Program-made: the position numbers and the translations under genes
From: the human T2T-CHM13v2.0 reference genome, Homo sapiens
Direction: 5' to 3' (one strand)
Assembly: GCF_009914755.1 (NCBI RefSeq)
Contig: NC_060933.1
DNA: 64,000 bases
Part shown: in pieces, positions 1 to 12,277 of the stretch
Layout: every line of letters begins with the position of its first letter
Numbering within the stretch: position 1 is the stretch's first letter
The notes under the pieces: model-generated
What the model saw: the letters and a program-made list of their open reading frames with translations, nothing else
The model's database searches: none
Told to the model about the DNA's origin: nothing

Positions 1-3000
1 TTTTTTTGTAGGTTTCTCTGAGGTGATGTAGCTTTTTTGGACAGTACACCTGCTATGATATGTAATAGTTTGTACTGTTTTGCTAAGTGATTTTTCTTCC
101 TTTAACAGAAGTATATTTTAACTGTTTGGTTTCTTTTTTCTTTGTGTTCCAATATTCTTTGAGGAGAATAGAAAATGGAAGAAGAAACCTTAGTAAATAA
201 GTTTTTTTTGTGTTACCGAGAAACTGTTTAATAATAAATGTTTCCCGATCCACTTGATGTCCACTTTTTTAAAAAATGGCCTTTATTGAAGGCAAAATTT
301 GGTTTCGATTTTGCTTAGATGAAATTGCATTATTTTGCTATTATTCAGGAGACTGTTTCTCACCTGGTTGATCATTTCAACTGTTTCTTTCTGTGCTTCA
401 AATCATGAGAATCCCATTTGCCCCACCGCAGACTTGGCATGTCGAATAAATGTGATGGCAGCAATTAACATCACGATTGCAATGAAAATGTAAAAAGGAA
501 ATAGTTGCAAAGTTGTAGTAGGGAAAACAAAAGCTGGAAAAGCAGCTTTTTATAAATAATTATGAAATTATTTTCATTTTTCCTACATAGGATTGAAAAG
601 TAAACAAATTCTCTGGTTATTTTACATGTTGATTGTTTCTGCCATATAGCTTAGGACTCTATATAGTTGTGGTTAGTTTTGTTTTTACATTTTAAGAACA
701 ACACAATAAATTGGAGTCATCAGTGTTCTACATAGATGAAAAGAAATTTATTATTAGAAAAAGCCAAAGGACTTAAAATGTTCCCTTACTTACACATAAA
801 TTTAAGTATATTTTTTCCTAGCTAGTAGGTCATTGTGTTATTATTGTGTGTTGCAGAAAGTATTTCACTTAAATTTGAAAATAATTATTAACTGGCTAGT
901 GTTTCATTTTTTATTTAAAAGAACATTATCTAAATATTTATATAAAGCAAAGCAGTCATTCTTTTCATCCTAAGTGTTTACTAGTTTTCATTGTTTAATA
1001 TTGATTTTCCTTTTTGTTGGTATTAGATTCTTATTACAATGCGTTTGCTCTTTGCCCTGTGATGTTGCTTTGTTGGCTTGTTCATCTACGTTGTAGACCT
1101 AGATGACCTTCATGTTCTAGTCCTTTGAGTTTTTTACTAGGCTGAAACAAAAGAAAGCGATTGGTTGCTAGTAAAAGAACTGAACAAAGGCAGACAGGGA
1201 GGGTTTTAAGCATGGGATACTGCCTTAGAAAACAGCAGGTATATCTCAGCTCGGTCTATGAAAACCAGCTTCTATAAGGCTAGGCCACCACACTGTCATT
1301 TTTTTATTATTGGCCATCCCTTAGTCTCTGTACACTGTTGAAAAAGTGATGATTCATCACAGGATAGTTAGAAATAATTGGCCTGTTCAAACCCTTTACA
1401 GTTGGGGAAGTTGGTTTTCTACATCATATAACCCTGATGTCCATTATGCATGTATATTTGGGACACAGTCTGCCTTTTAACTGCACTGTGCTTTACCTGT
1501 ATGTTTAATTCAGGATGAGATTGGTTCCTAAAGCTTTTAAACAAAGACTTTTTCTTTTTGCTGTTTTTATCTTTTAATATCAATATTGAATGAAAACATA
1601 TGGGAACCATTCAGAGATGTTCAGTAGACATTAAAATAAAAAGGAAAATGTTTGACAGTTTCCCTGGGTAAGCTGCGAGGCATTTATGTAGCAAAATGAT
1701 GTATTAAAAGCCAATTATTAGAATAATGATCAACATAAAACCTGGGCTTTATACATCATTAGAAGGTTGTCTGTTGTGGTTGAGGGTTTGGGGCAGTATA
1801 CATTTGAGTCTGAATACTCCTCCTTATAAGTGACTCATTTTGTGAAGAGAATACAGAAAAATCTTCAAAAACTTTACTTACCTTTCCCATGATTGGTGTT
1901 CGTTTTTTGTTCAGGTCCTGTTTTTCTCATAGTAAAATAACTCAGTATATATTTTTGGCTTTAGATTGTTACTAATTTAATCTAGTTTCTCAGAATATTA
2001 AATTTATATTTATATGTTTTATGTGCCATTAAGTATTGTTAGAGAATTTGTATAGAGGTTAATAAAAGAGAGTTGCCCAAATTCTAACTACATTAATCTG
2101 ATATTTAATTAGTTGTGTGTTAGAAGGAAGATAAATCAAATTTTACTTATACCTATTAATAATGGTTACTGGGTGAATTCTGGTAAGGTATTATGTAAAG
2201 GCCAGAGAAAATAAAATATTGATGTTTAAAAAGTTTGTGGATAAGAAATCTTTTATTTTTCTTGCCACTTAAGATTAAACCAAAAGATAATTTTTTTACC
2301 CTCACTGAATAAACTCATTTAAATAGGGAAAATCTGACCGCATTTCATCCTTCAATTCCTAAGATAAAGGAAAAGAAGCAGCAGGAGTAGCAAAGGTTGG
2401 GATAGAGATGGCATACTTTACGTCATTTCTTTCAAAAGGGATGGAATTAAACAAAAAATTTTTTTTCTAGCTAAAAGGCCATCATTTTGTGTTTGTTATT
2501 GTTAAGAAGCCACCCAACTACGATTAAAAACATTTAATATGCAATAAAATATTGACGTAAAAGAAATAGCCAAGAGATAGATATTTGTTAATGTGGATAT
2601 ACTTTCAGATTTTTAATAATACTATTGAAATTTTATAAAGTATTGAATAAAATTTCACTTTTAAAAAATAAAAATTCATTTAACAATAATTTCTGAGATT
2701 TATCTAGGCCTCTTACCACACTTGGACCTCTCATTTAATCAAAGGATTGATATACACAATAAGTGTGCACATTACAATAAGGTATCTGGGTCAAAGATAT
2801 TTTTCTTGTTTTTTATTTTGATGTTTATTTAAGAATTTTGCTTATAATATGCCAAACCTTTAGCTATTTAGATAAGTCCCAGTCATACCTAAAATTTTTA
2901 CTTAGAGCTGAGTATTTGGTGTGGTATTGACCTGGGTAATGAGCGTATAACAAAATGTTATAAATGAAAAGCTATTTCTGACTTAAACTCTTGATTCTTC

Positions 3001-6000
3001 TACATTAGTGCTAGTAAAATTTATGTATTCTTAGTTCCAAGTAGTGGAATTTTATACATTTTATAATGCCATAGCAAAGCACGATTGGAAATGAGAAGTG
3101 CTGTCTCTTAGAAGTTCTCTCATATTTCAGCTAAAACATACTCAGCAAAAAAGATATGTAAATTAAAAGAAAATCTCCAATTTCCTATTCTGAGTAAAGC
3201 TTTGATTTTTGCTGATTCAGGAAGTAAGGTTGACATTGGAGCTTCTCATTTCATCTGGAATAATCACTTTTTCCTTTTGAAAAGTCTTTCATTTTAGCAG
3301 CAGTATCTTCTAAAACACTCCATTTTGCATGGATGAACCTGTTTTTCTCTAGATAACACAGAAAATACAACTATCATAAATGGTAACCTGCTTTCTATAG
3401 TATAGCTTTCCTGAGTGCCCAGTGAGATACTAAAGTGCCAGGCTGTTCATTCTGGAGATTTCACTGATTTTTCTAGCTGCATCCCTATTCTAACCCCCCA
3501 AATAACTCCCAAAAGAGGAATTTTATAACTTCCAAATTGACTGCTGTAATAAAATGTTTATCCCCTAAGTCAGTAGTGGCTCATCAGCTTAGGATCATTC
3601 AGAATATATAATTCCAGTTCTTCTTGAAACATTGCACCATTTTTTTCTGTTAAAATAGGTTTTGGTTTATCTTAGTGATGCTGATATTTTCTCAGATTTT
3701 CCATTAGTATTTTTTCTCCCATCTGAATAATAATCTGAATAAATAATGAACTGGCTTTTGTTATAGGGGTAGGTGCATAGAGCATCCAATAGCATTCCAA
3801 ATATTTGGCTGCCAAATAAGGAAATCATAACTGCTTATTTGTATTAAATTAGTATTAAATAAAATGATTAACATTTTAAAATGTTTTGGTATAATCTACA
3901 TGCAATCCGTTAAAATTTCCAAACTAATGTCAGATTCTTTATTGCTTGGCTTTCTGCCAAATGATGTTCAAAGGAAATTGAGTTTTTCTCTAGCATCTAA
4001 GGTAAATGGAAATGTATGTGATGTTTAGCTTTGACTAGAGAGTTACAAATGGATCCATGGAGTTTTGGTTATATAATTTATATGCTATATGTATGAGGGC
4101 ACTTCCTTGCTTCCCATGATACTTGGGATGGTGCTGTCAGTGGAGCAAATGTATGCTTATGCCATCTTGTCCATAATATGTATTTCTGTTGCTATTTGAA
4201 CTATTAATGCTATGTAATACCAAGTACTTATATCAGAAATTTGTACTCTATGTAGATAGTGCTTTTGAACTTCTTTCTGATAGTACATATTCCTGTATTA
4301 ATACAATAAAGCCAAGCTGACAGGATGACATAGTGAAGCTCTTATTAAAAATGTGTTCTAATTGTTGCTGAGATACTATTGGAAATCTAGAGCTTGCTGC
4401 CTCAAGTTATTTTAAATTGTGTATTTTATATTTACATTTTACATTTACATATTTTATCTATTAAGAATTGCTTTTAAATTAAAAGCTTTACATACGCTTA
4501 AACAAAAGTATGAAAGTATATTTGAACTTCAGGAAGCAATTCTTTGTATCAGCACCCTGAATGGTTTTGTATTAAGGAAAGCCAGATTCAGTGACAAGTT
4601 TGACCCTCACATCTGGAATTGCCATTAGAGAAAAGCAATCATCTGAGTCATATGTGTATACTTACCTATGACATAAGAAGCACATTTATTTTTCTTCTTT
4701 TTTTAAAGCATATTTCTTTCATTTTAGAAAACCAAAATGCCCAGATTATTATGATTAACATTTAAGTTTTTTGGCTAAAACATAGTTAAGAATTATGGCA
4801 GGAAATACAGAATTATTTCTGAGCAAAGTTTATGACATCCAAATTAATACAGCTTTTAAAGGAATCGATGGATAAGCCATTTGAAATTTATATATATTTG
4901 TTTTATGTTGATGTCATAGATCTACCGTGTAAAATTTAAACATTATGAAAACAGATTTTAAATATTTAGTAAAGCCTTCTCTGGAAAATGCTAAACCTTT
5001 GTTTTAAAATTATATCTGTAGATATCTGGTCACTAATACTGTGAAATTATTTCAGCATTGAGTATTGCCGGCTACAAGTGCTTTGGAAACTCTTTAGCTG
5101 TTCATTTTTGGCAAAATCTTACTTTTTGAAAAGACCTTATTTTAGAGGAGATATCAATATTGCTTTCTCAGTTTTTCAAACTACCATTTTGTAATTTATT
5201 AGTAAATTGTAAGTGCCACAGAAACCACTGTGCAGTATTCAAGGTCCTTGCATTCAGGGTTAAAACTGAGTTTATATACACACATACTAAACTCTTACAA
5301 AGCCAGGGAACAACTATTCAAACTGCACTGTGGACTATGCTAGAGGAGTTAGCATGCTTTCTTTGCAGACATGGTTGATTTGAATACAACAACAAAAAAT
5401 TGTCCAGACTGCCAACTGAAACCCTTGAAAACACTTTTCAATCTGTAGATACAACTGTATCAGCAAAATGTTGATCAAAGTTCAAGTGGAAACATTAACT
5501 AGTCTAGCTAGCCTTCTGGTGTTTTCATTGGTTAATTCACAAAGAGCATCGCACAGTGGATTTTTACGTAGTAGTAACAATTTGCTGTAAAATTGTATGG
5601 TCTGAGGATATGACCGTAGAGTTTGTCTTCTGTGTCTCCAAACTTACTATCCTGTACATCTTGACTCATTTTATTCATTTTTCACTTCATTAAACAATAA
5701 GGATTTACCTTAAATTAAGCATTTTTTTGGTATGTTTATTGTCTCCTAGTGGTCCTTTGTAATGCCATATGGTTGCTGCCCAGCTCGACTTACAAACTTA
5801 CTCTTTTTGCTTCTCATACTAGCCATTTTGCAAGCCTGAGCTGCTTTGTGGTACAGGTCAAGTACTTATGGAGTAAAGTTAAGTGAATTTTTATTGTGCA
5901 GGAATGTCTTCGTTTAAAGAAAAAAAAAAAAAGAAAGAAAGAAGAAAAAGACTGCCCCAGCCCTTGTTTTTTAAATAGAAACATTTTTTATTTTAGAGCA

Positions 6001-7129
6001 ACTTGGATTTCCTACTGAATATACCATAGTATAGTGAGGGTTATATTTTGTTTTAGGCAGAATGGTTTTTAAAATAGCCCAATTAATTACATAAATGGAA
6101 GTTAATTTATTTTATAAAACAGTTTATTTTAAAATAGCTTATCCATATGAGTTATTTAAAAGGGAACTAACTCTTAATTTTTTTAAATATGATTTGATTT
6201 ATAATAAACTTCCTGGAAGTGAGGGAGGCCTTTAATCTTCATGTATTAAGAGAGGGTGAATAATAATGAATTATTTTTGCCAAGACAGTTTTTTCCTGTT
6301 AAAACCCAAGTAATCCTGCCATTTTCACATTTTTCCTTTTGTTCTAAAAAGAAGTGGTAAATGTTTTGCACTGTTTGTTGGCTATGGCTGTGTCATGAGG
6401 GTTCTACCATGATTGATCAGTGAGGGCCACTGTGTATTTTTCATATATATTCACTGTGGAATAGAATCCAGTGTTGAATTTTTTTTTAAGTCAGTAGTGA
6501 AGAATGGTGGAGAGCATTTGTTCCATTGAATAATTTATAATAGCTAATTTCCCCATAAGAAGCCTACCAAAACATGATAGATATATCTCACTTGGAAGAA
6601 AAGTTGTCTGTAAAGTGAATCAAATCCTATTTTAATATATCATATGAGTATATAAACCCCTTTTTCTCACTGATTTTATGGGATCAAAGTGGAAATTATT
6701 CTTGTAGAAAATGACTTGGTTTTTAAGACAAATCAAATTTTTAGAAAAGACTGATTTTCAAATACAGTAATATGTATGTCAGATTCTGAGTGCAAAGTAG
6801 ATAAATATTTTAGATAGATAAAATTTTATATTTGGCATAAATTGAGTAACTTTAAAGATAAACTTTATTTTTTATTTTTATGTTTTGAACACAGTTATAG
6901 TCAGTAGTTTCAGATTTTCATCCTCTCCTTGAAATGTTTCAATAGAAAGGATATGTAACTCTTCTTTAATGTTCAATATTCTAGTACTTTAAAGAAGAAG
7001 CTATTTTTAAAAATTAAAAGACTGAAATAAAAGAAAGGAATTTCCATTTAAACAGTTGAAATTGTGATTTTAAAATATACTAGCAAATTATTAGATAAGC
7101 AAATAATTTCTTAGAAGCCATATAACAGT

Positions 7130-8060
7130 AAACTAAATTCAATCCAACATACTATTGTTGAGCACCTACCTGTGCAGAGTGGACAATGTTAAGCAGTAGA
7201 AATGTGTTATTGCCTAAGAGTAACTAGTTCGTAGCCTAAGAGAGAGTCAGACACATAAATGGATACTTACAATACAAAGTGTAAGTACCTTGATAGATGA
7301 AAATATAGGACATCATGGGGACGTCTAGGACTCTGAATTCACTTTTGGGAAATCAGGTAAGACTTCTTTACTCCAAGACTTCTTTCCTCCAGAAGTCTTA
7401 TCTGATTTCCCAAAACTGAATTAGGACCTGAAGAATAATTAAAATAAGCTAAACAGAGGAAGGCCTGGAAGAGAGAGAGTGTTGTTGCAGGTTCAGAGAA
7501 TAGCAGGTATATAGCCCTATTGCTATTGCTTAAGAGATTTATGTATAATTTGGTGTGGCTGGACCATAGGTTTTAAAGGTAATGGAGAATAGTGAGACAT
7601 TAGTCTGGATTGGTAAAGTGAGACCAGATTATGAAGGGATTTATAAGAACGATCAGAAAAATCAAGAATATCTCAAAGATATTTTTAGTAAGATAGTGAC
7701 AGGATCATATTTACAATTTACAAGTCAGTTTGGCAGAAGGCAAAGAATAGCAGGGGTTGGGCAGATGATGGCAAGATCAAACTTAAAGAGACTGATTCCT
7801 TTCTAAAATAGATGAGAGGTCATGGTACTGTTCTTCTGGATAGTGAATACTAGAGGAGAATCAAGTTTGAAAGTGGACAAATAATAGTTTGTTTTTAACA
7901 TTTGATTTGAGGTGCTTGTGGATGATCTAATTTGAGGTGTCCAGAAAGGAACTGGATATATGAATATAGAGCCAAGCTCAAGAGAGAATGAAGCTAGATA
8001 TATAGATTAGGAAGGTAATCAGCATGAGAATGTTAACTGAACCCACAGGAGTCCACAAGG
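7130..8060 (-). mobile_element. L2 LINE fragment
   Basis: Antisense L2 3' end (caacatactattgttgagcacctac) followed by L2-like purine-rich body (tttgaggtgcttgtggatgatctaa...gaactggatata). Confidence 0.7.
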
Positions 8061-8297
8061 GTCTTCAGGGCTCTCCATCTTTAGCATCAGCGTATGATAA
8101 TGATTTTGTTACCTAATTCATTATGTTTCAAATGTGAATGCATTGTGAAATATTTAATGTACTATACCAGTATAGGATATTATAAACTATAATGAAGAGT
8201 GCATTTACTAAACACATTGCTATAAAACTGGTGTAGTAAACTCTGGGCCAGTGTGGACCATCATTTGGGGCAGGAAAAAGAATCATGTATTTTTTCC

Positions 8298-8860
8298 CCT
8301 TTTCTAAATTGACATATTAAAAGTTGTACGTATTTAACATGTACAACATGATGTTTTGAAATATGTGCAGTTGGCTCTCGGTATCTACAGATTCAACTAA
8401 CCATGGGTGGAAAATATATTTGCAAGTCAACTTTTTGTATCGATGGGTTCTACAGGACTGATTGCAGGAGCATCCATAGATTTTGGTAGCTGAGGCATCT
8501 TGGAACCTTGGAACCTCTGGATACTGTGGGACGACTGTATATATTGTGAAATGGCTAAATTGAGATGATTACCATATGTATTACCTCACATACCTGTTTT
8601 TTGTGATGAGAACACTTAAAACCTACTCTCTTAGCAATTTTTAAGAATACAGTGTATCGTTAACTGTACTCACCATGTTGTACAACAGATATCTTTAACT
8701 TATTCTTCCTATCTAACTGAAATTTTGTTATCTTTGACAGATACCTCCCCAACCCCCTCTCCACCAAACTCCTGGTAACCACCATTTTATTCTCTACTTC
8801 TGTGAGTTCAAATTTTTTAGATAACGTATATAAGTGGACATAAATGTACTTTGTGGATTT
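8298..8860 (-). mobile_element. L1MA/MB 3' end, interrupted by a MER2-like element
   Basis: Antisense L1M 3'UTR motifs (tactctcttagcaattttt, caccatgttgtacaacagat, ctggtaaccaccattttattctctacttc). Confidence 0.75.
8368..8537. mobile_element. MER2/MER2B-like Tigger MITE
   Basis: Ends cagttggctctcggtatc ... gatactgtgggacgactg followed by TA. Confidence 0.7.
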
Positions 8861-9295
8861 TTATATTCTGTCACTTAGCCTTTCACACCTCACTTCACAG
8901 CTTTGTGAAGGAGAGGTAGGTATTTTTATTGCTGTTTCCAGTTTAAAAATGTAGTGATATCAAGTAACTTTCCTGAAGTCTCTTGTTGCTCACTGTTGAG
9001 TGACAAAATAAAACTTTGAAGAGGGACCTGGGTAGAGAGAGAAATGAGCAAAAAACCATTTCAATGAGAGATCAGTGACCTTACTGCATTTAAGTGTTCT
9101 TAGACAGGAATTACACCATTTTTCAAATGTATTGTTTATTTAAAACTTGAATACCCCATCTGTAACTCTGTTCTAGGTGATGTGGTATCAGTACCAGAAT
9201 GTTGTACTGTTTCTGAAAATTATTTTCAGTATAGCAGTTAAGGACATTAAGGCTTCAAAGCCATTGGTCCAGTTTTGATAAGAAATGAAGTTGGA

Positions 9296-9612
9296 AGTTG
9301 GGTGTAGTGGCTCACACCTTTAATTTCAGCACTTTGGGAAGGGCCAAGGTAGGAGAATTGCATTAGCCCAGGAGTTTGAAACCAGCCTGGGCAACACAGG
9401 GAGACCCCATCTCTAGAAAAATAAAAAATAAAAACAATTAGCTGGGCATGGTGGCATGTGCCTATAGTCCCAACTAAGTAGTTCTCTGCTAAGCCCGGGA
9501 AGTCAAGGCTGCAGTGAGCCATGATTGCACCACTGTGTTCTAGCCTGGAAGACAAAGTGAGACCCTGTCTCAAAAAAAGTAAAAGTAAAAATAATAATAA
9601 TAATAATAATAA
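9296..9612 (+). mobile_element. AluJ
   Basis: Dimeric Alu with an A/AAT tail and aag(t/c)tggaa target-site duplication. Confidence 0.9.
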
Positions 9613-11127
9613 AGCTGGAAATCAAGGATATATTTTCATCATCTCTTCACTTGACACCAAGACAAGTCACAAACCTGAAGAGTATTGCCTATTTATTCCT
9701 ATTTATTAGAAAACAAAAAAAAAGTTGTTTTTCAACTCTTTTATCTAGGTATGAATGTGTTAAAAATTATTTTTAGTGTTTTATATATAAGCCAGCATAA
9801 ATGATAGTAGAATACATTTGTATAATGCTTTAATATTTACATACTTTGACATATTTTCTCATACAACCCTTACAGTTCTCAGAGGAGGTAGTCAGAACAG
9901 GTATTAACCTAATTTTATTTTTGAACAAACAGGTTCAGAAGGTAAAGTCAGTTTGTTTCAGAGCTAGAACTTTTCCTATTATACCACCCTGCTTCTAGAT
10001 GTGCAATCTGTTTAAGAATTAAAGTAATTTAAAATGGTAAATTAAAATGATGTTATTGCAGTTATTTTAATTTCCTGCCTGGAGCGTTTCAGTAGTAGTG
10101 GTTCCTGTATTATCTGGGAAGTTAAACCAAATGTTCTTTTATACTCTTTTAGACTCTACAACTTCAGTTAATCCAGATTTCCTACCCAATAACATTGTTT
10201 GGGAGCCAGGGATCTCTGGTTGCCCAACCCTTCTAAGTACTTAGAAGCTCTTAGAAAGAATGTTCAGTGAAAGGCAGTGAAAAGGCCTGTTTTGGATACC
10301 TACTGCCTATAGCTAAAACCTGTCAGGTGCCTTCATGTGAATCCCTGAAGACACCATGATGAAATTGATAAGCATGTCATAATTCAAGTAAAAACTTATT
10401 ATGAGTGCTAGATGATAGCCATATACTGAATACTTTCCTGATTTTACTGCTTTTGCCATTGCTCATATATCTGTAGCTGGAATGCTTTGTCTCATATCAG
10501 ACTGCCAGAACTAAATTCCACCAGCCTTCAAAGCCAGCCCAACTGATAACTATTTTTGTAAAGCTTTCCCTACTTACTCTAACAAGTAATGATGTAAAAT
10601 TCTTAGAACAATCTGTCATAGTCTCAATGCAGATGTCACATGTAACTTTGTTATTAATATTTTAGTTACTTGTGGATATCTCATATCTTCTTTGGTTTCT
10701 TTGTTATAGAACATTGTCTTCCCATAAACTTGAATATTGTCCCTTTCCCTTAGAAAAGGGAAATGTGGGAGAGGTGGGGAGATGGTTACATCAACCCAAT
10801 TTTTGCTTCTTAAAATGGGCTTTTGTTGATGTGAGTCTATGGTCCCATTTATTGTTGTGACAATATCTTGGTAGTGGGAATTACTGGGTATGTTGGAGAA
10901 CCTCAGAAGGGAGAATGGTCATGTTCTCCAGTGCCGTATCTGAATATCTGAATCCTGCTCTGGAACACAGTTCTTATTCTCAACACTTGATCCTATTCTC
11001 TTTATCAAACATAGTTTTTACCTCGTTCTCTGTAAGAGCCAATTCCCAGCCCCATAAAGCCAGGAAATCCAGCAATAAAGAATTGTTCCCAGCAGCATGT
11101 TTTGTACTTATATTTTCTTCTTCTTCC

Positions 11128-11424
11128 TTTTTTTTTTTTTTTTTTTTTTTTTATTTGTTGTTGTTTAGACAGCGTCTTGCCCTGTCGCCACGCTGGAGTC
11201 CACTGCAACCTCCGCATCCTGGGTTCAAGCAATTCTCCTGCCTCAGCCTCCCAAGTAGCTGGGACTACGGGTGCGTGCCACCACACCCAGCTAATTTTTG
11301 TATCTTTAGTAGAGATGGGGTTCACCATGTTGGCCAGGGTGGTCTCAATCTGTTGACCTCTTGATCTGCCCTCCTCGGCCTCCCAAAATGCTGGGATTAC
11401 AGGCATGAGCCACCGCGCCCAGCC
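11128..11424 (-). mobile_element. AluS (small internal deletion)
   Basis: Poly-T followed by antisense Alu consensus. Confidence 0.9.
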
Positions 11425-11635
11425 AGTACATAGATTTTCTAAAGTGTTCAACACTCTTATCAATTCAGATTCCACCATAATTTATATGATCAATCAAGCA
11501 CTGCTTTGTTTCTCTGTAGGTCTCCTGGAATACAACATAGTCAGAGATGTGTAGAGTATGGTCCTTCTGGGTTTGCCAAATTTTGTGCTGAAGGAAAATG
11601 ATGGCTCCACCGCTCTTCCTGCCTAACTCGTAGAA

Positions 11636-11855
11636 AGGCAGCATGGTATTGTGATAGAAACATGAGCTTTGAAGATAAGCAGTCAGATTCTGATTCCTGT
11701 TCTTCTAATAGTCCAGCCTTGTAAAGATCACTTATCCTCATAGTTAGCAAGACTTCCTCATTTAAAAAATTCTTTCCTCATAGGGTTGTTGTGAAGACTA
11801 AGTGAATTAAGTTCTGTGAAAAAATCTAGCACAGTGTTTAGCACATGAATAGTTT
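11636..11855 (+). mobile_element. MIR
   Basis: gcagcatggtattgtgatagaaacatgagctttg ... cctcatagggttgttgtgaagactaagtga ... tagcacagtg. Confidence 0.7.
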
Positions 11856-11879
11856 TCTCCATATATGTGGCCTCTCTCC

Positions 11880-12277
<398 letters not shown>

